A stretch of DNA of 64,000 nucleotides, from NCBI GenBank assembly GCA_040954595.2, contig CM082576.2, positions 9,985,129-10,049,128 of the forward strand, given 5' to 3'. This document shows, in pieces, positions 13,601 to 27,810 of the stretch (within the stretch, counting starts at the first letter, position 1; each line of letters begins with the position of its first letter). The position numbers and the translations under genes are program-made. The notes under the pieces were generated by a model. It made no database searches, was not told where the DNA came from, and worked only from the letters and a program-made list of their open reading frames with translations. The stretch comes from Balanoglossus misakiensis. Taxonomy: Eukaryota; Animalia; Hemichordata.

Positions 13601-16600
13601 GGTCATTGACATCATTCACAGGTCATTTGATAATCATCCACAGACTGCTCTTCAACCCCCCCCCCCCTCTCCTCCTCCTCCTCTGAAGTGTAACATGTTG
13701 GATGAGCGCACACATTCCCCGCTAATTTCAGACAAATATCTCTAGGTGATTATTATGACAGACTGTATATTGTTTATAAACACAGACCATCACCAGCATC
13801 AGCCCTTGGGGGTAGCAGGCCTTTTATCTCATGGCCATGTATCTAAATATTGACACAGTATTGCCATGTTTCACACTAACGTTGTTCACATTTTATAATC
13901 CGACTGAAATGTAGGGTGACATAAAGTAGCTATCCTTTGGGGAATAGATTTTGGCGGCATCCGCATTATACTCGTACCTGAACTTAGGCCGACCGAAATA
14001 TTGTATCACAACCGTACTCTAGTTACCCATGAACTGTAATATTACATGCTACATGTATCTTATCCCATATTACCATGTAAAGGCTCAACTAGGCCAATGT
14101 AACGCGTTCACACACACGAATTTGCGACGGCTCTGAACCCCCCTTCCTACCAGGACCAAACTAAGCTGCCTCTAGGCTGATGCAGCGTGTCCACATTGGT
14201 AATATGACACTGGCCAAGGCCCAGCACCGGCGCTACACCGCCGTAAACTGTCCTGTCTGAACCGCCTTATTGAGGATATGCGCAGTATGCATCGATCATG
14301 TCAACCAAACTTGTTTTCGCAGCCCAGCTGTTGCAACGCCTGCCATCAAGACTAGATGGGTACAGACTGAAAACTGCTTTTGGCACATGGCCACGTGTGA
14401 TTTCAATCAACACACACACAACACACATTTCATTGAATTTATGGAGTAGCCCGTTTCAGTGCCATTTCAAATCAATTACCCATACATGTACAAACTGTCA
14501 CCGGTAAAAGATAAAATCATCAAAATCTGTTAATCTCTCTCTATTTTAGGCATTACATGATTGTACATTTACCCCATACAACTTTCACATTGCATTGCAT
14601 CCAGCAAATGACGCTAATTTTATGCACCTGTATTCTGACGAAGAACAAGCTATTTGGTTAGCAATATTTCAGAGTGGCAACGAAATATCTTGCAATGTAT
14701 TTGGAGGGGGGGTTGGCAGTGGGAGGGGCAAAGTTAGAAGGACATATGTTATGATTTTGGTGAATTCAATGAAGCTGGCTGCGTATAATTACATACAACC
14801 CGGGTACAGTACATGTACATGTACTGTACCTGACCTATCACCATTACTGCTCAAGGGAAGCAAAATATATTTATGTCATGATCTCATCAATATAAAAAAT
14901 ATAATACTTCTTCTCTGTATGAAACTACATAGAACCTAATGACTCAGCCATAAAGGCTTAGACATACATGTACAGAAACTGTTTGCAATGTATTGGCCAA
15001 CTGTTGAATACTCAATTTGAATCACTATTCAACACAGTTTTCCATTCTGCTAATCTATATTTTACAACAGGGAAAAAAACAACAGCATATGTGTGGGTAT
15101 AGTTTTCAGCACATGTTGCCACTGAGGGAGGAGCACTGGACATTCATTATCGACACTTTCTACAGCAGCTACTTGGCATGCCTGGAGAAGTTTGGTCATG
15201 TTCTGACAGCTGGCAACACAGATAATCCCTGTACTGTACATAACTCCAATTCTGACTTCAGCTCAACTCATTACTACTCCCGCCATTTCCAACCTCCATG
15301 GTATGCCGCCAGAATCTAGTTGAGATTATCAAGAAATTTCAGATATCCACATTTATCAATGTACAGATTCAAATTTGGACATAAAAGCTCGCCAGATGTA
15401 TTTTTGGACATGTCTTTCCCTGTCCGTTTGACATTGAATCACATGTTAAAATAACCTATATAAACCGAACAATTTCTTCAGTACATTGGGTGTTCGGTTT
15501 AGACAGGTTTAACAATACATAGAAATCCAGAAAATTATGTGATCAAATGATCAGAGTCGTCATTTATGTCTGTACATGTAGTTACGTGTACATCGAATAA
15601 CATGTTCACCCCAACAAATAGGGCATGTTGCTCTATGACGGACCTCAGCAGGATTTTGTCGTTAATCTCAAAACAATACCCACTGAAGTTTCGAGATAAA
15701 GTTCTTCATGTTTCCTGTCAACTTCAGTCTGCCTCTTTTTATCAGTGTCTGTGGGTATCTGAGTATTTCCTCCTAAGGTAATGTGCTGCCATCGGGTCAG
15801 GTCATCGGGGTCACCGGCGAGCCACCAGCACATTCGCTGGTAATGGTTTCCACAAAAGATAGAAATACGAGTTAGAGAGAACAGTTAGCGATTCGGTTCT
15901 ACTATTTTGCTTATCGGTATGCCGGTTCATGATGGATAACCGACATTTCGTGCGAGGACATTTTTCAACTATCAATGGAATGGTACTTTTCTTCTGTGAT
16001 ATCACCAGGGATTCCATCACAGTTTAGTCCCTCCGTCAAAGTGATGGAGAAGACCGTGATTTCATCTACATTCAAACTGTTTGCTCCCGCTTCCTTGTAC
16101 ATGCACCTACCCATTGAAAGTTTTGTGCAAAACACTGCTATTATTGCTAAAAGGGACAGTTTAGAAGAATTGAATACAATCTAATATCTTATCATGCCCT
16201 ATGAAAGGGGGCGCGACTGCATTCTATTATAACACACTGCTTCACTGACTGCAAGTTAACATCTTGGACTGTGACCAGTCGCTCAATATTGTGATTACTG
16301 ATAAAGGCTCTAGTACTTCTGTAGTGCATAGACCTGTGGTCTCCCAAAAGTAATTAGAACGGCCTTGGCAAGACAACAGACCTTTGCTAGCAATACATGT
16401 AACAATTACTTCTACTGGTACATTGTACGTAAATTAGTAAGTTGCCACACCATCAATCACAAATCCCTTGAGAGAACGCTGGCATGGACACTATTTTTTA
16501 TTATCATAAATATATATTAAAATTACAGAGTATTCAGTTTGTGAACACTGCCCGCATGTACTACATTCAATTCAGTCTAGACTAATTACATTGGTGATTA

Positions 16601-19600
16601 ACATTATTCATATCTGCACTTGTACTGTATACAGGCTGTGTTGACAACCAAAATACTGGGTCCTCAATGCATTTCTATGGGGTTTGAGCAATAAACTGTA
16701 CTGCAGCAGTTGACACATTTAAGAGCAAAATATTACAAAAAACGCAACAAGGACATTTAATCAGAATTGTCAAATTCAAATATCTTCCCACTACAGGAGC
16801 TAAAATTAAAATTCATTTAAAGCCCCTTTTCCCTTAAAACCAGTTTTGTGTTGAAGTGGTTGTTTTGTTGTAATTACTGAAGTCTACAACAAAACGCTCT
16901 TTGAGCTGTCCAACAAGGATATCATGTCTAGAAAGCTCAACCAGGAAGCACATCATTCCGGTTTCAAATCAAGTGACAGGAATTTAAAGGTCATACTAGG
17001 GCACAGTATATAGTTTAATACCTTCCCCTCCACCCCCCCCACCCCCCTCTCACCAACTATGGCAAGTTATCATATTTGGACATGTGCCCTCAGCGTTTCA
17101 TCGAAACTCGGCTGCCAAGTTTGGCACACTACACAATCCAATATTGGCCCTGTCCTCTGCTTTAGGGGGCATCATTGAACCAGACCAGTGGGGCAAACTA
17201 AAGGCCTGTGAAAGAGTCTGTGGTGCGTGACCAGATTTGCAGGGCAAGGTTGGCTGGTTAATCTGCATATATGTCAACACCGGACCATCTGCGGATTACC
17301 CATTTGCTACAATATCCATACATGTATACTTCCGTTCTTCACTCGCCACTTTGAAAAGATCTGCAAAAATGTACATGGTCACGTTATTTGTTGAAGTTGT
17401 CAACTAAGCAGTCAAACATGGTTCTGCATACATGTACATGTACATCATACATCATGTACATGTACCAATAAATCTCACCATATCACTTAAAACAGCCATG
17501 ATATCCGGGTTTAATGTCTGGGTTCTGACATTATATTCAGGACAGCTGTCATCCCAATTTAGTATTTTACTTTAGTACAACGCAACCATAGTGCCACACC
17601 CACTTAGTAGTAGTAGAAGACTTCTTGTCTGTGTAAGCCCAGGCTCTATTGACACTGCTATTCTGTGTTGGTGAAATAAAAATCCCCAATCCTTTCAGTT
17701 TATAGCTGTATTGTTTTTCAATTGTAGAACTAGGAAAAGAAATGTTTTGACCTGAGAGCGTTTATCGTTAACCTACAATCCCTGATTTATTACAACTTCA
17801 AACAGCGTCAGTACATTTGACATGCCCTTTGTATTTAAAGCACAACTTCCTTATGCCACATGAAAAGACCAAGCAACCCGCACACAGTACGGGACAGCTT
17901 GCATTATCAGTTCCAAAAGCCCTGTTTTCCGCACAATGTGGTTCAACTGTACAGCTCTTTTTTTGTACCAAAACCACCGGACAAAGGACGCTCCGAAGAT
18001 AAACGTTATACACAGTCAGGCACTTCCAGAAGTGACTATACATGTATGTCAAGTCATGCCCCATACGTACACGAAGCTTGCATCCATCAACAAAATATAT
18101 ATTCAGCACGCAGATGTGAGCTGTTCTGCCACCACTGATATTGGGGCAGCTGGGTTTTCTGCAACACAAAGTTGTCCTACAATCCATCACCCTGATGAAG
18201 GATGTCAAGCCGTGTTCTACCAGATGCAAACACGCTCCTGCTTTTTTCAAGCCTGTCGAAATGCAAATAAGCAACTAAACCGGTTGTCTTTTGGTATAAT
18301 CATTTCATCAATCCTACTCCTAGGAACTCAGTATATAGCAGGTTTTATTAGTATGGTATATCATACATGTATATAGGCATCTGAATGTCAGTAGCTGCTA
18401 GTCTGTTAAGATTTACTGTCTGGTATTAACCTCAGACACACCACACACACGTGCACAAACTTGTGTATGTGTCAACTCACAAAAGAGTTTTTACTACACA
18501 TGCTTGAGGTTCCATACTTACAAAATATGCATACACCCGTACATATAGAGTAATTGTATGTGTGTGGCCTGGATACATGACCTGGAAACTAAAACTGTTA
18601 ATATTAGCCTCTTTACATAAATAAATACTGTTCTTAGTGTTACCCGGTTACAGGACCAGTGATGTGGGTGGACTTTCTACTCGTATGTTATAAGCCGCTT
18701 CAATCCGGACCATCGACACTACAAATCTAGCAGATGGAGGAAAGCTGAAGGTGTGACGCAGAGCAACATCCCACGCTGCAGCAAAAGTGTTCAGCATAAT
18801 AGCCAAGATTCTGGTACGAAACAATTGGATTAGCCCCGAATCAACTTTGAGCCCCATAATCCAATACATTGGAACTTTGATCAGCTGGGTGACAGCCAAG
18901 CAAATTGTGCCGCACTTGAAATCACTCTCCCTGCCAATCCAACTTGGGCTGTGCGATTTTGTGGCGATTTCTGTGAGGGCTGTATACGCTCAACCATGAG
19001 ATGTCCACCACTGTCGCCATGGTGTTGGTTTGCCAAGCAGCAGTTTAACGGGAGATGGACCACTAAACAGTGGCTGTCCAATAAATAGCTCAATTTATGA
19101 CATTTTCTCGTGTTCCTAGCAAATCACGCATCTAATACATATACCCCTACACATATATGAACACCGAAGATGGGCGTGTCCCAAACGGTGATGTACACAA
19201 TTTATTCAGTATATATATGAAATATCCACAGGCAAGTGTATATATACAGCATGCAAAAGGTTAACACTGCCTTTAAAACATATGTGATTGAAATATGTGT
19301 ACGGATAAAGCCACCAAGCCAGACTGAGAGACACAGGCAGACAGACAGACAACCAGATGGCTTCACTGATGGAAATCCAGACAGACCCAACAAACAAACT
19401 CTCCCTGTTGGCAACCATCTTCCTAAGCCCAAAACATCTTTAGCCGTTTTGAAATTTACCTCTGTGAAAATCACCAGGCATAAATATCTCCAAACAATGT
19501 TAACATCCATCATACAAACTGTATGGGAGTGAATTCAGCATTTTCACCCACAGTCAAGTGCCACACCCACCCGCTTGTGCCAGCTATTAAACTGCATCAG

Positions 19601-22600
19601 CTTCTCAGAGTTTCGCGTACATAGGCAAAACAACGGCCAAAACGGCATAAGCAACAGTCTGTACAGAAGTCCCTCAGGCAAGACCAAGTTCTGCATGTTT
19701 ACAGGAGTTCCTGCATCATTTGCTGTGCCCATTGTCTGTATGTGTGTGCATGTGTGTGTGTGTGTGGGGGGGGGGAGCCCCACTAGTACATTCCATCATC
19801 ATCATCATCATGGTTCCTCCCCGAGCGTACGGGACAAACTCCCCAGGCTCCCCACCACAGTAGATCAAGTAGCAACACTCCAGACACTATCAAGACTCGC
19901 AGCTTTTGTAAATACAGCTATCTGGGACAGACAGCCATGAATGGTGAATGTCCCACACATCAATAGCTTGATTATAATCTACTTATTATCCCTTGTACAT
20001 GCATCTCTTCAACACATTGCATACCTCAGCACAAAAAACCAGACGGCACCAACACCTATCCAGGGCTTTCTTTATTTCACGTCCAGCATTTTCATATGAA
20101 CGGATTATTTTCAGTTGCATTTTAGCACTCACTCATTATGTTACATTATACATACCACTTACCAGCTTAAATGGTTTGTCTTGTAAAGACGCGTACCTTT
20201 TTGTTGTCTGCTGAAAGTGGTACCTACCTGGTTAGCACTCACTCACTCACTGGCAGTTTAAGTGGCCTCGCACACGGCTTGTTTTACTGATACATCCCTC
20301 TTGTTTTCACACTTCTTTAATCACCCCTCCATGATTCAAATACAAAACCGCAGCCATCATGCTTGTCAACCTACATTGCTAGCAAAATATCATTACAGCT
20401 TTCACAAATTGTATAGGTGTTTATTCACATTCATCATCATGGCCTGTAAATTTAACAACGCCAATCTTCGAAGACTGTGACACAGACATTGTAACTAGCA
20501 CTGACACTTTTTCATCAACATTATGGGCCTAGGACACCGGAAATCTTCACTTCTTGAACTTTGAGAAGGTCACGGTCAAGTCATTTTCATAAAAGCCACC
20601 ATCCAGTAATATCACGCGCTCTGTGCTTGGAACATGAAAAGAGTGAAAGGAGCCAAGAATGGACCTATCAGAACAATTTCTGAGAGTTGATACAGTTCAT
20701 GTCTCGGGAGACAAATTTTTCTCAGTGCCTCATTTCCATAACAAATCAGTATTCTGGGAATTCCAGTCACACCTTACTGTTCAGATTAATACAATTTTCG
20801 ACAAACATTCACTATAAAATCTTTTCTCTTCTTAGAGCTTTCACTGACAAAATTACCAGAAATTCTTCTTTCATCACAATTTAATGAAGGACAAAGTTGC
20901 TCTTCCTTGATATTCTCTGTGTTTATATTTTCTCTAACGAGAGATTTATTTGCACTGCTCTCTGCTATCAAAAACATGTCGGATCACCATATGTATGAGC
21001 ATAGCATTTAAATACTTTTATGCTCATATGTGTGACAGTGAGTGTGTGTATTACATCTTCACACAGGAGAACACTGATTTGATATACAGCCAGTGAGTCA
21101 ACATGATTAAGTTAGCAAAATAACTTTATCTTTTGGCAGGAAACAAACATAATCAGATTGACATTCACATCACAAAAGAATGACTTTGTGTACATGTAAT
21201 ATAAGTGTACAAATACAAATGAACAGTAGAATCTCAAATTGTTGGTGAATCTAGAAGCCATGGCTTTCATCACAATTTATGACAACTATGCTACTTGTTC
21301 CAGACCTGTCTATGTTAGTAGCCATCAACGACTGGGTACTGAACACAACATTCTCCCCCTTAGGAGACTCAGCAATATACAAACAGGACTCCATCTCCCT
21401 TCCAAACAATGCATAGTCACCCTCCCCTTCTGCAGGATATTTAACAATACCTTCTTTCACCAGATGAGAATACAGCCCCTCTCCTTCTGAAAGGTGTACC
21501 CTTACCCAGTCTCGCACAACAGGAATATGGCCCTTTTCTTCCATATAAATGATATACGATTATTTTCACAGTTGGCAAATTTTGACTGACAGCTGGTTGC
21601 ATTTTTGCCAGCTGCCAGCTATATTTTCTGCATCCCTGTAAATAAAGTAGGACACCTTCATCATCAAGGCTCCATCATAGACAGTTTTGCAAGCGCAACT
21701 AACAGTGAGTGAGGTATAAATTGCGACCTGATTTGCTATGAAAATAATAAAATTCAGAGCTAACTGGGTTTTCAAGGACAAATGTCTTGAAACCATGGAT
21801 TCAGACCGGCTACCGATGTTTAGGGGACTGCTAGAATTGAATTGTTCAAGACTCGGTTCACCAATATCTACATGTATGGTACTCTCTCATCCCATGTAGC
21901 ATTCTACATCTATTACATGAAATGCAGATTGAGTCTGAGAGTGAGAGATCCAATCACCTCACCCCACCTGATGAAAGCTGCAGTCCAATTTTTTTTTTTT
22001 TCAGCATCACACCGTTTGGGAATATGTTTTATACTCAGTACAAGTTTTGATATATTTTGTACCAAAACAGTCAAATTCGCTTTGACAGGGTATGGCAACC
22101 AAACAGAATTGATGACTTCTCACACCACTAGAGGGCTCACCTGAGTGAGAACACATTCTGCAGACACAAGACTTGACACAGTTATTTCACGTTTCATATA
22201 ATTACTGTATGGGTGGGTGGTTTATTTGGAAGGGATAAGATGAAAATCTGCTTTATCTGCAGAAAAAAACTACAGTCATACACAGTAAAAAATGTTGATA
22301 CAGCTGACAAAAACAAGTACATTTATTGGTGGTTGTGAGTTCAATGCAGAGCAAAATTTTCCTTGATTTTTAACTGAAACCATATTTTCACTTGCAATGC
22401 AATTCTTTTATTATCAGCCAATATTTTGGCCTCATGCTGCTTACTTCACACCACATAACTGAAAATTTCCAATTGATATTTACCATTAACATGAATGTTC
22501 CTGTCATAATTTAATTTGATTTACACGTTCCACGGCCTCTCCTGAAGTACAGAACATTATACCTTTGTTGTGTCGCAATCACCAATTTTGCATTATTTGT

Positions 22601-24652
22601 CCATCAGTGAAACTGCAACGTATATATCGGGTCACACTATCATTTAACCTCTATTCATGGTTTCGATGCAAGCGCCTGCTCTCCAACTTTTCTTTTCTGT
22701 CGTGACACCACAAATCTTTAAAATCCTATGAACCTCTCTGATTACTCAGCATATGTGTGTCAATGTGTGTACATCCTCTCTGCTCTGAAACGTTGTTGAA
22801 CCCAATTTTCCTTCATCCAAAATGTACACACACCACAATTTTAGAAATGCACGATAAGCTTTGGTCTATCTTGTACACACTGGGGTAAACTGGTGATGAA
22901 CAAACAAAACCCCCCCAACTGAAGATGTACAACTAAAGATGAACGATGCAATGAAAAATAAAAGAGCAATGTTGCTCTCACACCTAATCAACCAATTTTA
23001 TTACATCTGCAGCATAATTCTGGCTCTGGTCTGCATTCAGAAAGAACATCAACAGCTGCAGCCCTCCAACCTTACAATGACTTCATCACTCATTAAAATC
23101 TCTTGTTAAAATTACAACAACATGGTAAGTACCAATTTATCAATTCATTCCAGGTCAGATGTTGCATAACTTATACATGCTAGCAACATACACACTATAG
23201 CTGGCCAAAGTAAAACAAAGGTCAATTCCAAGTTCATGATAATGTTCTCTGTCCACAACAACAGTATTCCGCACCTATTTCCCAATTTTGATAGTACATA
23301 TAGGTATCTTTTCACACATATATAGGAGATCATGACTAGCTATATCAACTATATGCAGCATGTTATGGCTCGTGATAAAAATCAATTATGTTGCATTCTG
23401 CATGACATATTCGATCAATATCCCGGTATCTGATGATATTTTTGTCATCATTAACTAGGTTACCTTGTCACACTGCATTTAAATGTGGGTTGGAATGGAC
23501 AGTGGTTTGGAATTGTAAGACCTGGCCAGGGATACAGTACGGTCAGGTGAAGTTGTGCAGGAATTGAAAGGGGAAAAACAGTCCTGGCTGCATTTCATTT
23601 GCATGGACACACAAACACAGTGCTATTATTATACACCAATAACAACAGGCATTTCAACCGAACCCATTTTGTGAACACTGACTGATGAAAAAATATTAAT
23701 GTCAAACATTGACATTGTGATCATCATCATTTTTATTGATCAATAAACATTTCATTAATTGCTATAGCTGTGAACTGTGTTCGCCTGTTGCAGAGTACAT
23801 AAATATTGTCTCGTTCGGCCTAACGCATCCTTTGTTCTCGCGGCGGCCATCCCTAAACAAACCAATATAGCGTTTCAATGTTATGATTCAGCGATGCTAT
23901 CAAATATTTGTAAGGGGAGGCACGGCGCACCGGTGACTGAAGATGGCACCGAACAGTCATAACACGCACGTATGTATTTGTTTACATTCCTTGTAGGAAC
24001 AGTCGCCATCTCTCCATATTCACAAAACACAACGCGGAAGGCAAGGGGCCCCCCTCTCTCTTTCATCCCTGGCTCTCTTCAGCATCCATCTACAGGCGCG
24101 AGATCTAGAAGCTCCGTGTTTGTGGACAGTCCCCTTCGTAGAATTACGCTTTGGCCTTTAGCAGACTATAAAATACCATTCCTGCAGTGGGTATATTTCA
24201 ACGAGTACCTGTACATATATGCCGCGTTCACTTACGATGCTAACTGAAATAAAAATGGACCCAATCGGTCCTGAGGTATTCCCACATAATACTGCCAGTC
24301 AGCGTGCGGAGCGTGTAAACCGTTGAAAGGTCCACAGCGCTGCATGTAGCGCACAGCAGCAAATATTTCGCCTGGTGCCATCGGATATCACTGAAGCGCT
24401 TTTACCAGAAACCCAAAACGGGAAATATTGAAAATAAAAAGGGGGAAAACGACATGAAATATACAAACATTAAACAAGTAAGAAAAATGTATACATCACC
24501 TTTTTGGTGACGACTGAAGCCGCTATGTCTTTCAAAAGTGACATGCTCAGCGGTCCCGATTCAACATGGACCTGTTCACGGGAAAAGCCGATCTGGACGA
24601 GGAACGATATACCGCCTCGTCCTCCGAGTTTTCCCCAGCTTTCCTCGCTCAT
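1..24652 (-). CDS. PRKD1: Serine/threonine protein kinase D, 5' part (exons 1-7; PH and kinase domains lie beyond the left edge)
   Basis: Coding exons (minus): 24500-24652 (MSEESWG...[14 protein letters not shown]...VVTKK), 4410-4548 ([19 protein letters not shown]...LIEVVLS), 4138-4269 ([35 protein letters not shown]), 3720-3859 ([19 protein letters not shown]), 2189-2390 ([10 protein letters not shown]...[35 protein letters not shown]), 1070-1147 ([21 protein letters not shown]), 1-95 (acidic linker). All introns are GT-AG and in phase. Ubiquitin-like N-terminus plus tandem C1a/C1b domains is PKD architecture. Confidence 0.95.
4625..4694. repeat. (TATG)n/(TG)n compound microsatellite
   Basis: Direct reading of the sequence. 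Confidence 0.9.
6880..11150 (-). mobile_element. Tandem array of three non-autonomous Helentron/HINE (DINE-1-like) element copies with internal ~239-bp tandem repeats
   Basis: Units 6880-7991 and 7992-9102 are near identical; the third spans 9103-11150. Minus-strand layout: 5' hairpin TAGGGCCCAAGCC..GGCTTGGGCCCTA, (TTC)n tract, central tandem repeats, subterminal GCTTGGGCCC, short GCTGCttGCAGC stem-loop, TATATT end. No ORF. Family assignment is from structure only. Confidence 0.75.
9170..10330. repeat. ~239-bp tandem repeat, about 5 units, inside the third element copy
   Basis: AGGTCAAAGGTCACC recurs at about 9208, 9447, 9685, 9924 and 10164. Confidence 0.92.
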
Positions 24653-26622
24653 TGTGCATCGACGTACATGTATAGATAACAGAGATTGGTACTTGTATCG
24701 ATGGGTGATAGATATCAGGGATATAGGCTAATAAATGACCCCATGTCATAACATCATACAAAATGTTTTCATCGACGATGTGGACGACTCACTCTATCAT
24801 GGCGAACTAGGTCACATGACCTCAAAATGACACATCCTCCTCATTAGCATATTTACTTCTGCTTTTCTCGCGAATTTCATATAAACATCCATGTTGTTGA
24901 TTTCTACAGGAGTTACGGATGAGATGCGACGCCCTATGTACAATTTTTAAACAATTGAATTCTAAGTAAAATGCCGGTAAAATTGTGAATTCGCTACTTC
25001 CTTCGGTGCGGTGGCCGCGAATTTGCAAATTACTGGTGTAGGCCTTGGGCTGTTTTTAGGCCTACCTTGCCAAATTCTGACTTTTCGGTAAAGGAGGAGG
25101 CTTTAAGTTTCGATCAGATCTTCCGTTAACATTTTGGTATCATGTATTTTATATCTACGATAAAGTTCTTAACGATAGACATTTGACTCTGTAACTAATA
25201 CTCCCTTACAATATTTTCGTCCGTTTTATAAAAGCTCACGCAGTGCGCATATACGTAGGCCTAAAAAACTAGCTGTATGCCTATATCACGAAAGGTGGGT
25301 GTGCCCGGGGGTCACAATTTTCTGCTGGAGATTTGAAAAAAAAAAATATTCCACGACCTCGACCCTACCGGGTCATTGTACTATGCACTGGAAAGTAATT
25401 CATAACAGTGATAAAGAAAGTGATCTTTAGGCTTATACGGGGTGTCGCAAGAAAATTTTGTTTCGGTTGGGTTAATAGCCTTAGGCTGCTGTGTGCGTCA
25501 ACAACTCTCCTATACTGACATTTATCTGGTGGTCCTGTGTTCCGCTTTCATATTTGCCACAGCTGATTGTCATGGGCCCGGCACTTATATTTGTGCGTCC
25601 AAATTTGCTTTTATAAACTCAATGAATTTGCTTCCAATAGTCATAATATTAAGGATAATCACCCTTTCAAGGCTCACCTTCCTTGAAGCTTCGTGAAATT
25701 TCACATCTCATAAACTACATGTAGTATTTAGCGTTTTCATGAGGCTTTCCGTGATAGATTCTTGAACTGTTGGGAAAATATAGACAGGTTTCTTTTGCAA
25801 CGAAGGGCAAGTGGGACGGCATCACATTTATAGCCCAGCGACCACATATCCATTGCCCAACCACACCCAACCCAACCCGGTCTAATAATTGATGTCTGTT
25901 GAGAGCAAATCTGATTAAACAAACTACAGATAGCAATCTCACAAAGTTGATATTACATGTATTTATAAGGCACGCTTATTATCTGTTCATTACTTTTGTA
26001 ATTAGTGATAAGCTTTTTTTTTTATTATGACATTTAATTTGATCAAACGCGGCTCAGGTATTTGTTTAACGGAGAAATTATTGTACTGTGAGATATTTAG
26101 CAGTGTAACTGTTGCTACGGCATATTTATAATAATTTTGTACAATCATTGTTATTTTACTAGTACCGAATTTGGTGAAACTTGGTAGAGATACCGTCGTA
26201 ACATATACATCATACGACTTTTTTGCACATTTTAAATTTAAATACCAAATTATTTGAGCATTTCAAGTGGTATTATTTGCAACGTACAATCCAAATTGTA
26301 AGGAAATTACTCACATGATTTGCGTTCACGAAATGACATGACGCAGAACAGGCTAGGGTGGGGCGCGCCGAACGTCTTCCGAAAGACGATCCGAGTATAT
26401 AAATTGCAAGCACCCACGCAAAAATTCACCTCTAACTTTAAATGGTTGAACCCACCAGGTGTCAGTTGTGTGCACAAGTCGACGTGTCCCAACTTGTGCA
26501 CGGGATTCCCTTTGAGAATATACCGCCCTCAGCTGCAACAAAGGTGAGCTCAGCGCTTCGGTTCCAGTCACAGTTTCAGATTCAGGTTTGAGAAAAGGAC
26601 GAAACCGGTGCTCGATTGTTAA

Positions 26623-26794
26623 AGGGACAACGTCGCTCTTTTTCGGACATTTCTGTAATATCAAGAATAGATGGAATACTTAATATAAAGTCTCTCTGTG
26701 TACAAAGAAATCAACATGACGATTCATAACTTCAATTTCCCTTCGTCGAATGTTTAATTGACTCCAAAAAGGCCAAAAGTGCGACTTTGTCCCT
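26623..26794. mobile_element. MITE with TTAA target-site duplication (Kolobok- or piggyBac-like)
   Basis: TTAA|AGGGACAACGTCGC ... GCGACTTTGTCCCT|TTAA: 14-bp TIR with 1 mismatch, 172 bp long. Confidence 0.75.
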
Positions 26795-27019
26795 TTAATG
26801 TCACATACATGTGTACACTCCCATAACCTTCTAAATTTATACTCAGAAACACATGAAGTACTCGTCTAAATTGTTTAATACATTTGTAGGAGTTTATTTC
26901 TCAGTAAATACTGAAAAGAAAGAAATGTATCGGAAATCGAGAAAAAGGCGTATTTTATTCGTGGATTGTCATTTTCCATTCAGTGTATTTTAATTTTGAC
27001 GAATAAAATGTTCGTGATC

Positions 27020-27540
27020 ATTTCGGTGCATGTCTGTATAAGACTGTCTTGTCTTCATATCTTCCGTCTGTTTTCAGTTTCTCAGCCTTATCATTTGCAA
27101 AGCTTTGGGTGACATCTTCTGTGAAGTTCTCGAAAATGTCCAAATATTTTTTTAAGTTAATTCTTCCGCGAAGCGCATCGGCGATGTCGTTCATGACTAC
27201 TGAATAATTCAGTAAAAAATAGCGGATTCTTCTCGACGAACAAATCGCTCACTCTCAGAGTCCTGGGCGCCTGTCTGTAACTCCTTAGGAACGTACTCGT
27301 AAGAGAGTCTCGTCTGCAAACTTTCCACCTGTTTTTCCAGCTTCTTTGCCTTCTCTTTTACTTTGGCGGCATCTTCTCTGACATTCTCGAGAACGTCTTC
27401 CTGCTCAAGGACGAGACTGGATAGTTCTGCCTTGCTTTTTCCGCGAAGCACCTTTGCTACCTCCGCCACACTTTTCGTCTTTCTCATCTCTGCGATCTCA
27501 TCGTGGATGCTTTGGGTAGATTCTACAGACCCCTGGGTGT
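27020..27540 (-). pseudogene. Unidentified coiled-coil-like coding fragment followed by a decayed tandem copy
   Basis: ORF segment ...VAEVAKVLRGKSK...DVLENVREDAAKVKEKAKKLEKQVESLQTRLSY is followed by frameshifted MNDIADALRGR...DIFENFTED...DKAEKLK/QTEDMKTRQSY. Confidence 0.35.
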
Positions 27541-27682
27541 TTCTGGTAGTTAGAAAGAGAGGGAAATTAAACCACACGGATTGAAGTTTATGCATGGTGA
27601 CTACTGATCTAGCGACAATACACAGTGTTCTTGACATTGTAGGTAGACAGGAATGTCCAACCTAATATTAAAATCAAATGTA

Positions 27683-27810
27683 GAGTTAGGCGCTGTCTTT
27701 AGCTTTGGTGATTGTTTTGACTTTTCTGTTCTCTGTCTTGGCTGTTCTGTTCCCCCCCCCTCCGAACAGAACAGCCAAGAATCAGCAAAGGTCAAGACTG
27801 CGCCTAACTC
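27683..27810. repeat. Long imperfect inverted repeat (hairpin or MITE-like)
   Basis: 31-bp outer arms (GAGTTAGGCGCTGTCTTTAGCTTTGGTGATT / AATCAGCAAAGGTCAAGACTGCGCCTAACTC) and a perfect 17-bp inner stem 27736-27752 / 27764-27780. Confidence 0.85.

Noticed and set aside
17798-18376. Overlapping 146-158 aa ORFs in PKD intron 1
   Set aside because: No domain signature or splice support; likely chance ORFs
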